DNA from: Candidatus Hydrogenedentota bacterium
GTDB lineage: Bacteria; Hydrogenedentota; Hydrogenedentia; Hydrogenedentales; SLHB01
DNA: 64,000 nt
Assembly: GCA_963674865.2 (NCBI GenBank)
Contig: CAXXYE010000009.1
Coordinates: forward strand, 256,001 to 320,000
Reading direction: 5' to 3'
The translations under genes and the position numbers were made by a program. Below, piece after piece: positions 1 to 10,661 of the stretch (its first letter is position 1; each line of letters opens with the position of its first letter). The notes beneath the pieces were generated by a model, which did no database searches, was not told the origin of the DNA, and saw only the letters and a list, made by a program, of their open reading frames with translations.

Positions 1-582
1 GAGCGGATGGTGAAGAAGTGCCGCTATCTGCTGGACATGGTGGGCGAATACCTCAACCTGGCGCATCTCGAAAGCGGGCAGTTCGGGGCGAAGCTCAAGC
101 CCGATGTCGACTTCATGGCCGAGGTAGCGGAGCCGTCCATTGATATGGTTATGCCGCAGATAGAGGAAAAGGGTATCCGTTTCGAACGCCTCATCGAAGG
201 GGATGCTGCGCCCATTACCTGTGCGCCTGATCTGCTGCAAATCGTCCTCGTCAACCTGCTCTCGAACGCCGTTAAGTACGGCAATGAAAAGGGCGAGGTG
301 CGCTTGAAGGTTCGAGGCGGCCCGGCGCGGCTCGATGTTGGCGTTTGGAATGAAGGACCTGGATTTCCGGAGGACGCCCGCTCCCAGCTCTTCCGCAAGT
401 TCTCCCGTGTTCAGACGCCGGAACTCCTGTCTAGAAAAGGTACCGGCGTCGGCCTCTACACAACATGGCGGATCATCCAGGCCCATCACGGCAAGATAGA
501 TGCGCGCTCCGAACTCGGGAAATGGGCCGAGTTCAACTTCCAAATCCCCAAGCATGGCCCTGCTAGCAAGACGCCGCGCTGA
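1..582 (+). CDS. Sensor histidine kinase, C-terminal HATPase domain (5' truncated by window edge)
   Basis: N-box NLLSNAVKYG, NEGPG, F-box FRKFSR, G2 box GTGVGL. Confidence 0.9.
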   Translation, partial: ERMVKKCRYLLDMVGEYLNLAHLESGQFGAKLKPDVDFMAEVAEPSIDMVMPQIEEKGIRFERLIEGDAAPITCAPDLLQIVLVNLLSNAVKYGNEKGEVRLKVRGGPARLDVGVWNEGPGFPEDARSQLFRKFSRVQTPELLSRKGTGVGLYTTWRIIQAHHGKIDARSELGKWAEFNFQIPKHGPASKTPR

Positions 583-611
583 GCGCCTTGCTCGATAGGC
601 GCGTGCTTCAT

Positions 612-1322
612 TCAGCCGATCACCTGTTTTCCGATCATGCCGACAACGAAGCCGAGGACGGCCCCGAGGGGCGGTTTCCAATGCCGCCGCATCTTTGACT
701 GCGGCGCAATGTCCTGGAAGATAAGATACAGGATCCCCCCGGCGGCGAAGCTCATGATGCCCGCCGTCAACTTGGCCTGTCCTTGTAGGAAAAGGTAGCC
801 CACGCATCCCGCGATGGGGCCGATGGGGCTGATGGCCAGGAGCGCGATCAGGGCCTTACGCGGCTTCACGCCGGAGGACTTGATCTCTCTAAACGAGTTG
901 AATCCCTCCGGCAGGTTCTGCGCTCCGATGAACGCGGCGAGCAGGACACCGAGGCGGTGATTGTGCCCGAATACAGCGCCCAAGGAGAGCGCCTCAGGGA
1001 GAAAGTCCATCAGCATCGCCATGAACTGGGCCTTGGGCCCGCCGTGTTTGCTGAGGTAGGCGTCTAGAGCGCAAAAGGCGACTCCGCCAAGGCAGAACGT
1101 CATGGCGAGCGCCACGGGACTCAAGACCGCCATCCCTTCGGGCACTAGGGCGAACGCCACCGCGGCAACGAGAATCCCCCCGCCGAAGGCGACGACGGCG
1201 TGCACCATTTCCCGTTTTGCCGCCGTCTCCGCCGAACCTTCGTACCGCGCAAAGAGGCCTCCGATGAAGGCCGCCACACCGGCCAACCACGACGACACAG
1301 CGATGATTACCAGTTGATTCAT
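612..1322 (-). CDS. ZIP (ZupT/GufA) family metal transporter
   Basis: Multi-TM protein with DFLPE and QNLPEG motifs and FAAGGILY. Confidence 0.8.
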   Translation of the reverse strand: MNQLVIIAVSSWLAGVAAFIGGLFARYEGSAETAAKREMVHAVVAFGGGILVAAVAFALVPEGMAVLSPVALAMTFCLGGVAFCALDAYLSKHGGPKAQFMAMLMDFLPEALSLGAVFGHNHRLGVLLAAFIGAQNLPEGFNSFREIKSSGVKPRKALIALLAISPIGPIAGCVGYLFLQGQAKLTAGIMSFAAGGILYLIFQDIAPQSKMRRHWKPPLGAVLGFVVGMIGKQVIG

Positions 1323-1421
1323 AGGTTTCCGTCATCCTCTCTCCGCCGGACTCTCGCCCGCGTGGCAGGCCGTCCGACCTCAAGTATACTACCAGGCCCG
1401 GCAAGTCCCCGGCTGTTCTCC

Positions 1422-2339
1422 TTAGGGATCCCGGCAAAGTCTGAATCCGACACCGGCGTTGCCCATCATGGGATCGAGCGAGCTGCGGTTGGAGGAGCGG
1501 AGGGCCCACGGAAAACTGAGCCACGAGCCGCCCCGTATGACGCGGCCCGTGCCGTTATCCGGGCCTTGAGGATCGGTTACGGGACCTTCCGAATAAGGCG
1601 CTCCCCACCAGTCCTCGCACCATTCCCACACGTTGCCGTGCATGTCGTAGAGTCCCCAAGGATTGGCCTTCTTCCGGCCCACCACGTGGGCATACTCCTC
1701 GCCCGCGAGGTCGGCGTTGTCCTTGTACCAGGCCTGCTTGGGGAGCCTCTCCGCGTCGTTCCCGAAGCTGAAATGCGAGGTTGTGCCTGCTCGGCAGGCA
1801 TATTCCCATTCGGCTTCCGTGGGCAGGCGGAATTTGCCCTCGCCGCGTTCGTTGAGCGTCTCGATGAAGTCCTGAACATCGAACCAGGTGACGTACACGG
1901 CGGGCGAGCGGCCGCGGCCCAGTATCCAGCCTCGCCCTTGCCAGAGATCTTCTTCACCCATCACCTCACGCCATTGGCCCTTGGTGATTTCGTACTTGCT
2001 GAGCCAGAACCCCCGGGAGAGCGTCGCCGTGTGCTGCGGTGCTTCTCCCCTGTACCAGCCGACATTTCCCCCGTACAGCGCGCAGGCATCCTCGGCCTCG
2101 CCGGCCAATCCCATCTGAAAAGAGCCGGGCTCGATCCACACGAAGTCAATCCCCGCGAAGCGCTTTGTGTTCTTCGAGAAATCGAAGCTGAAAAAGGACA
2201 TCTCGCCGGGGTGACGCCAAAGCCACCAGACAACGGCCATCTCCAACACAAGGAGCAGCGCGATCACATGGACCCATTTGCGTCTGCTCCCGTGCCGCTC
2301 CACCGGGCCATCGAGGTCGCGTTGTTCATCTGACGTCAT
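1422..2339 (-). CDS. Formylglycine-generating enzyme (FGE-sulfatase/SUMF1) family protein, membrane anchored
   Basis: F.MG, RLPTEAEWEYACRAG, NPWGLYDMHGNVWEWC, RGGSW, GFRL motifs; N-terminal TM segment. Confidence 0.9.
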   Translation of the reverse strand: MTSDEQRDLDGPVERHGSRRKWVHVIALLLVLEMAVVWWLWRHPGEMSFFSFDFSKNTKRFAGIDFVWIEPGSFQMGLAGEAEDACALYGGNVGWYRGEAPQHTATLSRGFWLSKYEITKGQWREVMGEEDLWQGRGWILGRGRSPAVYVTWFDVQDFIETLNERGEGKFRLPTEAEWEYACRAGTTSHFSFGNDAERLPKQAWYKDNADLAGEEYAHVVGRKKANPWGLYDMHGNVWEWCEDWWGAPYSEGPVTDPQGPDNGTGRVIRGGSWLSFPWALRSSNRSSLDPMMGNAGVGFRLCRDP

Positions 2340-2533
2340 CGAGTCACCTATCGAGTGCGTGGCTAAGTGGCTTCTAGTGCCGCGAGGATTATAGCATCGG
2401 CTTTCGGCGCGCCCGCGGGGCTTTCTCCGTCCGTCTTGCGCCCCACGATAGTCTCTCTCTGAGAAAGCGTCCCAGCTTTCATTAACAACGGAGGAAGGCG
2501 TATGCTTTCCTCCCTACGAATTGGAGTAGTCCT

Positions 2534-4852
2534 ATGATCGCTCTTGTCTTGGCTGCTTTGCTGTCGATACTGGAGGGCCCTGGAGTGTGCTGGGTGGACG
2601 CATGGGAGCTTCACGAACGCGGCCTGCCGGATCTCGCCCCGGGCACCTACCACGTCTGGGTGTGGGTCGCGGATGCGGTGCCGGCCTCGGTTACCATCAA
2701 CGGGCATGACCTCGATATTTCTGCTTCAGACGCGCCCACGGGACGCTTCGTATGGGCTAAGGCCGGGGAGATCGCTATCCAGGAGTCAGTACTCGAGGTC
2801 GCCCTGTCGGACAACGTAGCCGCCATGGCCTTGAGCACCGAGCCGGACTTCGATCCCGCTGGCGTGATGGGTGATATGCGCGTGCTCGACCAACCGGGGC
2901 GTATCCACGATCAGCGCGCCGAAACCGTGCGCCATACGAGTACCGTCTTCACCATGCCGGAATTTCGCTCCCGCGAAGCGTGGGAGGCCTATGCGGAGGG
3001 CCTTCGCAGGCGGATTCTGGTTTCCTCGGGCCTCTGGCCGTTGCCGGAGAAGACTCCTCTTAACACGTGCGCGTTTGGCCGTATCGAACACGAGGACTAC
3101 ACCGTCGAGAAGGTCCATTTCGAGGCCAGGCCCGGATTCCTGGTTACTGGCAATCTCTACCGGCCCACCGGCCCCGGCCCGTTCCCGGCCGTGGTATGCC
3201 CGCACGGCCATTGGGAAAAAGGACGCCTCGAAAATAGCGATACGGGCTCCGTGCCCGCCCGGTGCATCACCTTGGCGCGCATGGGCATGATTGCCTTCAG
3301 CTACGACATGATCGGCTACAACGACAGTCGCCAGTTTCCACACAACTGGGGCGGCGCGCGCGAGAAACTCTGGGGCATCCATCCCTTTGCGATGCAGCTC
3401 TGGAGCAGCATCCGCGCCGTCGATATGGTTGAGGCACTCCCGGACGTCGATCCCGAACGTATCGGGTGTACCGGGGCTTCCGGCGGCGGGACGCAGACTT
3501 TCGCCCTTACGGCCGTGGACGAGCGGATCAAGGTCGCCGCGCCCGTCAACATGATCTCGTGCAGCATGCAGGGCGGCTGCCTCTGCGAGAACGCCCCAAT
3601 ACTCCGGCTCGACAACTCGAATATGGAGATTGGCGCCCTGGCCGCTCCTCGGCCATTGCTGATGGTTTCCGCTACCGGCGACTGGACGCGTGAGACGCCG
3701 CGGGTGGAGTATCCGGCCATTCGCAGCATATACAGGCTCTATGACGCTGCCGACCGCATTGCCAGCGTCCAAGTCCGCGCGAATCACAACTACAACCAGA
3801 CGAGCCGGGAAGCTATGTACCGGTTTTTCGGCGCGTGGCTCCTCGGCGACAGGGAGAAGTGGCTTAATTTCACCGAGCCGGACTTCCAGGTCGAGGAGGA
3901 TGCCGCACTGCGCGTCTTCCCCGGAGAGGGGCCGCTGGAAGGCTATTCCGATGGTGAAGCCGTTATCGCGTCGGTGATCGATGAGAACCGCGCCAGATTA
4001 GACTCCTCAATGCCTAGAAACGCCAATGACCTGGCCGCCTTCCGCGCCGAATTCGGCCCGGCCCTCGAAGATGCTCTCGGGGCCGCCGTGCCTGACGCCA
4101 ACGATCTGGCCTGTGAACGCTTCGCCTATGAGGAACGCAACGGATACGTTGTCGAGCGCTGGATTCTCGGGCGGAAGTCCGTTGGCGACAAGATCCCGGC
4201 CATTTTGTACCGCTCGAGCGAGGCGGATCCGCAGGACGCTGTGCTGATCGTTCACGGGCAAGGGAAGGCCGCCCTTGCCGACCTCGCTGCCGGAGGTCCC
4301 GGGCCGCTTGTCCGAGGGCTTATCGACGCCGGCAAAGCCGTCATGGCTATCGATACTTTTCTGGTTGGGGAACACCATGATCCCCGTGCGCTCACCGAGC
4401 GCCGCCGGAAAGGGAATTTCATGGATACATTCCAGCCCACGAATGCCGCCTGCCGCGTTCAGGATGTCCTCACCGCGCTAGCCTACCTCCGATTCCGCCG
4501 CGATTTGACGGACACCGTCAGCTTGGTCGGCCTCGGCCAGGCAGGCCTGTGGTGTTTGCTCGCCGGAGCTGTGGACACTGGCGTGGGGCGAGCTTTTGTG
4601 GATATTCAAGGCTTTGACGCGAACGACGATGCGGCGTGGGTGGCTTCATATTATGTCCCGTGCATCCGCAGCATCGGCGACGTGAACACGGCGGGGGCCC
4701 TGACGGCGCCCCGGCCGCTTTGGATCGCCAACACGCGTGATATCTTCAATACAGCGGGCATGCAGGCCGTTTACAGCGCCGCCGGCGCCGACACTTTCCG
4801 CGTGTCGGCCGGGATGGCCCGGGTAGACGCGCTGCTGGCGTTTCTGCGCTGA
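2534..4852 (+). CDS. Secreted acetylxylan-esterase-like alpha/beta hydrolase with two hydrolase domains
   Basis: Signal peptide, CPHGHW, nucleophile elbow GASGG, APRP; the second domain has a degenerate elbow (GLGQAG). Confidence 0.75.
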   Translation: MIALVLAALLSILEGPGVCWVDAWELHERGLPDLAPGTYHVWVWVADAVPASVTINGHDLDISASDAPTGRFVWAKAGEIAIQESVLEVALSDNVAAMALSTEPDFDPAGVMGDMRVLDQPGRIHDQRAETVRHTSTVFTMPEFRSREAWEAYAEGLRRRILVSSGLWPLPEKTPLNTCAFGRIEHEDYTVEKVHFEARPGFLVTGNLYRPTGPGPFPAVVCPHGHWEKGRLENSDTGSVPARCITLARMGMIAFSYDMIGYNDSRQFPHNWGGAREKLWGIHPFAMQLWSSIRAVDMVEALPDVDPERIGCTGASGGGTQTFALTAVDERIKVAAPVNMISCSMQGGCLCENAPILRLDNSNMEIGALAAPRPLLMVSATGDWTRETPRVEYPAIRSIYRLYDAADRIASVQVRANHNYNQTSREAMYRFFGAWLLGDREKWLNFTEPDFQVEEDAALRVFPGEGPLEGYSDGEAVIASVIDENRARLDSSMPRNANDLAAFRAEFGPALEDALGAAVPDANDLACERFAYEERNGYVVERWILGRKSVGDKIPAILYRSSEADPQDAVLIVHGQGKAALADLAAGGPGPLVRGLIDAGKAVMAIDTFLVGEHHDPRALTERRRKGNFMDTFQPTNAACRVQDVLTALAYLRFRRDLTDTVSLVGLGQAGLWCLLAGAVDTGVGRAFVDIQGFDANDDAAWVASYYVPCIRSIGDVNTAGALTAPRPLWIANTRDIFNTAGMQAVYSAAGADTFRVSAGMARVDALLAFLR

Positions 4853-4867
4853 CGGGATGAGCAAAGT

Positions 4868-5761
4868 ATGTCGAAGAAGCCCATAGACGCCCTGGTTCAC
4901 ATCGCCGATCTTCATTTCTGGCAGATCGTCAAGAATCCCGTCCGCCTCATGAACAAGCGCTTTCTAGGAAACTTGAACGTGATGCTCAGGCGGCGGCACA
5001 AGTTCCCCTTGGATCAGGCCGAGCCGTTCGCGGACGTGGCCGCTGCCGCGGGGCCGAAGCATGTTCTCCTGACGGGCGATTTCACCTCGACCTCGACGCA
5101 CGAGGAATTCGCCATGGCCGCCGCGTTTGTGCGCGGACTGCGCGACCGGGGACTCGATATTCACGTCGTGCCGGGCAATCATGACGTGTACACCTTCCGC
5201 TCCGCCCGGAAGAAGCGGTTTGAACACCACTTTGGCGACTTCCTACCTACGGAAGGCTATCCTTCGGTGCAAACCTTGCCCGGCGGTACGCCCATCATCC
5301 TTGTGCCCACGGCCTGCCCGAACATCATCAGCTCGGCCGGACGCGTCACGCTCAAGACCATCGAGGTCCTTCGCAGACTACTCCACACGTGCGGCGATCA
5401 GGTCATTGTCGCCGCCCATTATCCGCTGCTCTCCCATACTTACGGCTACGTCTCCAGCTCCTCCCATCTTCTTCGCAATGCCAAGGCGTTGCGGCGCGTG
5501 TTGGGGACATCCGGCCGGCGCATACTCTACGTCTGCGGCCATGTCCACCACTTCAGCTTGGTGCGCGACCCCCGCTTCGAGGATGTACTCCACCTCTCGA
5601 CGGGGGCCTTTTTCGAGCGACCAGCCCGCAGCGACCCCCGCGGCGAATTCGCCGAGATCGAAGTGTGCGATGACGGCTTCAAGGTGTTCCAGCACCGCTT
5701 CCGGGAACAATGGAAGAGGAAGCCCGCCGTGCCGCACGATGCCGAGCCGGAGTCGGATTAG
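4868..5761 (+). CDS. Calcineurin-like metallophosphoesterase
   Basis: DLH, TGD, GNHD, AHYP, GHVH motifs. Confidence 0.9.
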   Translation: MSKKPIDALVHIADLHFWQIVKNPVRLMNKRFLGNLNVMLRRRHKFPLDQAEPFADVAAAAGPKHVLLTGDFTSTSTHEEFAMAAAFVRGLRDRGLDIHVVPGNHDVYTFRSARKKRFEHHFGDFLPTEGYPSVQTLPGGTPIILVPTACPNIISSAGRVTLKTIEVLRRLLHTCGDQVIVAAHYPLLSHTYGYVSSSSHLLRNAKALRRVLGTSGRRILYVCGHVHHFSLVRDPRFEDVLHLSTGAFFERPARSDPRGEFAEIEVCDDGFKVFQHRFREQWKRKPAVPHDAEPESD

Positions 5762-5788
5762 GGCCGCTTCGCCTATCCCGCACGCGCC

Positions 5789-5937
5789 GACTGATTCGAC
5801 AGTGCCGAGCACTCGGCGCCTCTGATCGACTTCTCCTCTTGAAACCTGCTCACCTATTAGGTGAAGCCGCCCATCTTGCCAACGCTCTTTCTTCTAATGA
5901 CTTGACGCGCGGCACAATTGGTAATCCGGCCACCGGG
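5789..5937. repeat. 149-bp dispersed non-coding repeat, copy A
   Basis: Ungapped match to 56409-56557 in the same orientation, about 25 mismatches by hand count. Confidence 0.9.
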
Positions 5938-5987
5938 GCCATCGTAGTCTCTTTATCGCCCGTTATGTTCTGTGTTAGCATTTACTT

Positions 5988-6332
5988 GTGCCTCCGAAGA
6001 ATCGAGATTCCGAGAAGCGGATCAAGATGGTACTGGCCCTTGACGCGGACAAACTCGGGCTGATCGCGGCCGTGCTGGTGGCCACTATCGTTATGGGACT
6101 CTGTTTCCTGCAGGGGGTCCAAGGCCTTGAAGTGGCCGTGCGCGCGGGATTGACGTTTATTGTTACCTACGGCGCGGTGTACTTCCTGGTTCGTGTGATC
6201 CTCCGGGCGGCTCTGATTGAATTCGCCCAGATGCAGCGTGATCGGAAGAGGCGCAAGAGGGCGGAACTGGACGAACAGCGCGCTGAACGGCGCGAGGCAA
6301 GGCGGCCGACGGGGCCGGGAGAATCTACATGA
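5988..6332 (+). CDS. Small membrane protein of unknown function
   Basis: Two hydrophobic helices and a charged tail; ATGA overlap with the next gene. Confidence 0.65.
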   Translation: MPPKNRDSEKRIKMVLALDADKLGLIAAVLVATIVMGLCFLQGVQGLEVAVRAGLTFIVTYGAVYFLVRVILRAALIEFAQMQRDRKRRKRAELDEQRAERREARRPTGPGEST

Positions 6333-7441
6333 CGCGAGCGCGTATGTTCCTGATGGGAATCGCACTTGTCCTGGGCGCTTGCCCGTGCTGGGCTCAGGCG
6401 CCCGATCTGGCCAATATGGACCTGGTGGAGAAGTCCGTGCCTGACGGCCCTGTTGCGAAGGTCCAAGGGGTCAACATTACGCCCGAAGAATTCCTCTCCC
6501 TATACAAGGGCGAACTCCAGATGGCCCAAATGCGCAATTCCGGAGAGGCGCCCGATGATTTCCTCCGCGTGGGTGTTGGCCTCAAGTGCATGCGCGCGCT
6601 CATTGAGCGGGAGATTCTCTATCAGGAGGCTGAGAAGCGCGGGCTTACCATTCCGGATACCGAACTCCAGAAAAGCTGGGATATCGAACTTGATAGGCTC
6701 CGTGAAAGCATGTCCCGCGGCTCCGACAAGGACATCACTGAGGAGCAGATCCTCGCCGAGGCCGGCGCCACCAGAGAAGAAGGCATGCGGGAACTGCGCA
6801 AGGCACTTCTGATCGAGAAGATGAAGGCGGAGCTGGTGAAGGCTTCCGGCGTCAAAGTCACCGACGCCGAAGTCCGGGAATTCTACGAGAAGGAGAAGGA
6901 TCGGTTCCGCCAACCGGATTTGTTTCATCTCAAGCAGCTCTTCATCCGCAGTTTGCGCAACGCGGCGGGTGAGGGCAACACGACCCGGGAGGAAGCGCGC
7001 GCGAGAATCGAGACTGCCCTCAAACGTATTCGCGCCGGCGAGAGCTTCGAGGCCGTCGCCAAGAGCGTTTCCGAAGGGCCGTTTCGTGACAACGGCGGCG
7101 ACCTGGGCCTGACCCCCGCGAACGAGCTGCCGCCATTCTTTATCGATCCGGCGGCTTCCATGCAGCCCGGAGCGATGAGCGATATCATCGAGAGCGAATA
7201 CGGCTTTCACGTCATCAAGCTGGTGGAGTTCAAGCCCGGCGTCGAAGTCGGCTTCGACAAAGCAGGCCCCGTCATTCGGGAACGGCTCCTGGCGGAGCGG
7301 GGCGAGCAGGCGGCGAGCGAGTTCTGTCGTTCCACGATGGAGAATGAGGAGGCGGTTCAAGTCTTCCTGGAGCTGGACAAGACGCTCGCGGCCCACCCCG
7401 ACCTGCGCGATCTGCTTCCAAAGGAAGCGCCGCCGGAATAG
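6329..7441 (+). CDS. PpiC-type peptidyl-prolyl isomerase (SurA/PrsA-like foldase)
   Basis: Signal peptide, helical SurA-N-like region, FEAVAKSVSE..GGDLG, SEYGFHVIK. Confidence 0.9.
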   Translation: MTRARMFLMGIALVLGACPCWAQAPDLANMDLVEKSVPDGPVAKVQGVNITPEEFLSLYKGELQMAQMRNSGEAPDDFLRVGVGLKCMRALIEREILYQEAEKRGLTIPDTELQKSWDIELDRLRESMSRGSDKDITEEQILAEAGATREEGMRELRKALLIEKMKAELVKASGVKVTDAEVREFYEKEKDRFRQPDLFHLKQLFIRSLRNAAGEGNTTREEARARIETALKRIRAGESFEAVAKSVSEGPFRDNGGDLGLTPANELPPFFIDPAASMQPGAMSDIIESEYGFHVIKLVEFKPGVEVGFDKAGPVIRERLLAERGEQAASEFCRSTMENEEAVQVFLELDKTLAAHPDLRDLLPKEAPPE

Positions 7442-9372
7442 TGCTTGCCGTCTGCCTCATCGCCGTGTCCGCAGCCTCCCCCGCCGAGGGGGCTTACGCG
7501 TGGCCGCTTGATCTTCCCCCTGTACTTACCTCTTCCTTCGGCGAGTACCGCCCGGGCCGCTTCCACGCAGGGATCGACCTGCGCACCAACGGCATCGGGC
7601 GCGATGTCCATGCCGCGGCGCCCGGCTACATCTCGCGCGTCCGCGTGTCGCCGTGGGGATATGGCAAAGCCGTCTACCTGAAACTACGAGACGGCCACAC
7701 CGTTGTCTACGCCCATCTCGATGATTTCGCGCCCGACCTGCGAGCTTATGTCCGCGAGGCGCAGCACCAGCGCAGGTCCTACACCGTGGACCTGTATCCC
7801 GAGCCAGGCCGGTTTCCGGTTCAACGGGGCGAGGTGGTCGCGAAGAGCGGCCGCACGGGAATTGGCTTCCCGCACCTTCACTACGAGATCCGCGACACCG
7901 CCGAACGCCCCGTCAATCCGCGCCTCCTCGGCGTCACGTGGCCCGACGCCGTTGCGCCCGAGATTCGCAAGATCGTTGTTGTGCCTGACGGCCCTGACTC
8001 CCGCGTTGACGGCGACCTCCGCCCGGTGGTGCGCACGGCGCGCCGGACGGCGCCGGGGCAATACACGTGCGATCCGGTTTACGCGGCCGGAAGCGTCGGT
8101 TTCGGGATGGACATGATCGATCCCGCCGACGGCGGCGCGATCAAACTCGGTGTCCGCGTGTTGCGCACGCTTTGCGGCGATGAAGAGCGCTTTGCCACCC
8201 GCATGGATCGCCTTTCTTACGAGAATCACCGCAATGCCGCCGTGTCGTATCATCCCTTTCTGCTTGATCGCGGCCGGTTTTTCGTCCAGTGGCGCTGGCC
8301 CGGCAACGTGTGCGAGGTATATCAGGAGTCGCCTGGAGACGGGTGGTTCGATGTGCCCGGCGAGCCGGTTGAGATTCGCATGGAAATCGAGGACTTCGCG
8401 GGGAACCAGTCAGTCATCGCCATTCCACTGCGCCCGGAGCCGGCCAACGACGAGCCATCGACGTCTGATGTGCGCAAGACGTCCAGCGAAGGGGCCTCGG
8501 TGAGCCTGGCGTGCATGGGCGACTGGCTCATTATCACTGCCTCGTTCTCCGAGCCGGAGGAAGCAACGCCCGTGCTCGAAATCGACGCGCCGCCGCCAGC
8601 TTCTGGCGGGATCTTCCAGCGGGTCGACGATCATACCTTCCGCGCCGGCTACCGGCCGTCCGACGACACGCGATGGGCCGTGCTCGGCGTGTGCCACCCG
8701 GACCTGCCGCTCTATGAGCGCGAGTTGGTGGTTTTCCATCGCGGCGACCCCGCGCGCAGCGTCGATTTCGGTGCCCTTCGCCTCAGCGTTGCGCCCGAGT
8801 CGCCGTACGGCACGCTATTCACCCGCGTTGATATGCCGCCGGCCGTGCCGCCATCGCGGATTCGGATGCTCGGAAGGCCCTATCGCCTTTGGCCTGACGC
8901 GACGCCCATTGACACGCCTGTGGACGTGTCGCTGCCCATCCCCGAAGATGCGGAGCGCCCGGAGCGGCTGCATCTCTACCGCGCGAGCGGGAGCCATTGG
9001 TATTGCCAACAAGGCGCCAAGCGCGAGGACGGCCGGCTCGTCCTCGCCACGAGAGACTTCGGCGTCTTCGCCGTCATGGAAGACGACGTGCCGCCGACGA
9101 TCTCCGACATCACGCCGGCCGAAGGCGCCACGGCCGAGTCCCGCCGCCCCCGCATCCGTGCACACGTCAGCGATGTCGGTAGCGGCGTCAGCGATATCAC
9201 CGTAACCTGCGGCGACCTCTGGCTGCTTATGGAATACGACCCGGAACAGGGCGTCATCACCTGGGAGCGCGACGAGGACCTGCCTCCGGGCCTCCAAGAG
9301 ATCATCTTCTCCGTCACCGATGCCGCCGCCAACACGGCAACGGTGTCCAGAACTATACGCGTGCCCGAGTGA
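7441..9372 (+). CDS. M23 family metallopeptidase with C-terminal beta domains
   Basis: HAGID, YAHL and PHLHYEIR zinc motifs; signal peptide. Confidence 0.9.
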   Translation: MLAVCLIAVSAASPAEGAYAWPLDLPPVLTSSFGEYRPGRFHAGIDLRTNGIGRDVHAAAPGYISRVRVSPWGYGKAVYLKLRDGHTVVYAHLDDFAPDLRAYVREAQHQRRSYTVDLYPEPGRFPVQRGEVVAKSGRTGIGFPHLHYEIRDTAERPVNPRLLGVTWPDAVAPEIRKIVVVPDGPDSRVDGDLRPVVRTARRTAPGQYTCDPVYAAGSVGFGMDMIDPADGGAIKLGVRVLRTLCGDEERFATRMDRLSYENHRNAAVSYHPFLLDRGRFFVQWRWPGNVCEVYQESPGDGWFDVPGEPVEIRMEIEDFAGNQSVIAIPLRPEPANDEPSTSDVRKTSSEGASVSLACMGDWLIITASFSEPEEATPVLEIDAPPPASGGIFQRVDDHTFRAGYRPSDDTRWAVLGVCHPDLPLYERELVVFHRGDPARSVDFGALRLSVAPESPYGTLFTRVDMPPAVPPSRIRMLGRPYRLWPDATPIDTPVDVSLPIPEDAERPERLHLYRASGSHWYCQQGAKREDGRLVLATRDFGVFAVMEDDVPPTISDITPAEGATAESRRPRIRAHVSDVGSGVSDITVTCGDLWLLMEYDPEQGVITWERDEDLPPGLQEIIFSVTDAAANTATVSRTIRVPE

Positions 9373-9671
9373 TCCCCCGCCATGGGCCTCCGGTGCGTGC
9401 TGCATAAGCGCCGTAAGTGCTCGCCGCATTTCCTCGCGACCAGAGAGATCGTTTGAGAATCAAGGCGGGAGATCTCGGCTAGTGCGAGTGTTTGCCCCGT
9501 CGTCCTCTTCATTGATATGCTTCGTTCAAGCAGGATGACTAGCCGCAGCTGTTGTTGGAATTCCGCTTGGAGGACTGTGACGCACTTCCGTGATGTGCCT
9601 ATGCGGAAAGAGACATCCGAATGCCGCACTCTATGCAGGCGAGGCCGGCTTTCGTTGGAGTTGAGCAGGAC

Positions 9672-10661
9672 ATGAAGAGGCGAGCGCCACGCAACAGGAC
9701 ATTGACATGCTCTACATCCGAGCTGGAAGAGTTATCGAGAGAGCTTCTGTACCTGAAGGCCGCCGCAAGATCCCAAGATGTCATTAACCGCGTAATATGT
9801 CAGGATCTATGGGAAGCTGCTCGTTTTCTGCCTAAGAAATTCGTCGATCTTCTTGTCCTTGATCCCCCATACAATCTGACAAAGGACTACAACGGCCATT
9901 TGTTTCGCGCTAGAGACGCTGAGGACTATGCGTTGTGGTTTTCAGAACTCTTGCAAGCACTCCTTCCAGCTCTTAAGCCAAGGGCCTCCGTATATGTCTG
10001 TAGTGATTGGAAAACATCCACTCTAGTGTTTCCCGTTCTAGATCGCTTCTTCCTCGTGCGCAACAGGATCACGTGGGAACGGGAGAAGGGGCGCGGAGCG
10101 AGAACGAACTGGAAAAACAATACAGAGGACATTTGGTTCGCAACACGCACAGGCGACTACCATTTTAACGTTGACGACGTCAAGCTGAGGCGGCGCGTAA
10201 TTGCCCCGTACCGCACTGAAGATGGCAAGCCAAAAGACTGGGAGGCGAGCCGAAACGGGAATTACCGATTAACGTATCCGTCCAACCTCTGGTCCGACAT
10301 CACAGTCCCCTTTTGGTCGATGCCGGAGAACACGGACCACCCCACCCAGAAACCCGAGAAGCTCATTGCCAAGCTCGTGCTCGCCAGTTCTCAGGCGGGC
10401 GACGTGGTCTTGGATCCTTTTCTGGGCAGCGGCACTACAGCCGTCGTAGCCAGAAAGCTGGGCCGGCGGTTCTGTGGAATTGAACTTAACCGTGAATACT
10501 GCTGCTGGGCAATGAAACGTCTGCAGAAGGCTGAGTCGGACAAGAGTATCCAAGGTTACTCGGGCGCCGTGTTCTGGGAAAGAAACAGCTTGAACGGTCC
10601 GAGCCGTCGCTCGCTGGGGGCCGCGTGTACTGAGGAGACCATGGAACTGTTTGATGAATAG
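9672..10661 (+). CDS. Beta-class N4/N6 DNA methyltransferase (YhdJ/RsrI-like)
   Basis: Catalytic DPPY precedes HPTQKP and the SAM motif DPFLGSGTT; start chosen after AGGA. Confidence 0.92.
   Translation: MKRRAPRNRTLTCSTSELEELSRELLYLKAAARSQDVINRVICQDLWEAARFLPKKFVDLLVLDPPYNLTKDYNGHLFRARDAEDYALWFSELLQALLPALKPRASVYVCSDWKTSTLVFPVLDRFFLVRNRITWEREKGRGARTNWKNNTEDIWFATRTGDYHFNVDDVKLRRRVIAPYRTEDGKPKDWEASRNGNYRLTYPSNLWSDITVPFWSMPENTDHPTQKPEKLIAKLVLASSQAGDVVLDPFLGSGTTAVVARKLGRRFCGIELNREYCCWAMKRLQKAESDKSIQGYSGAVFWERNSLNGPSRRSLGAACTEETMELFDE

Noticed and set aside
1422..2339. FGE-sulfatase (C-type lectin fold) gene as a possible diversity-generating retroelement target
   Set aside because: No reverse transcriptase and no second, adenine-variant copy of its 3' end seen in the window
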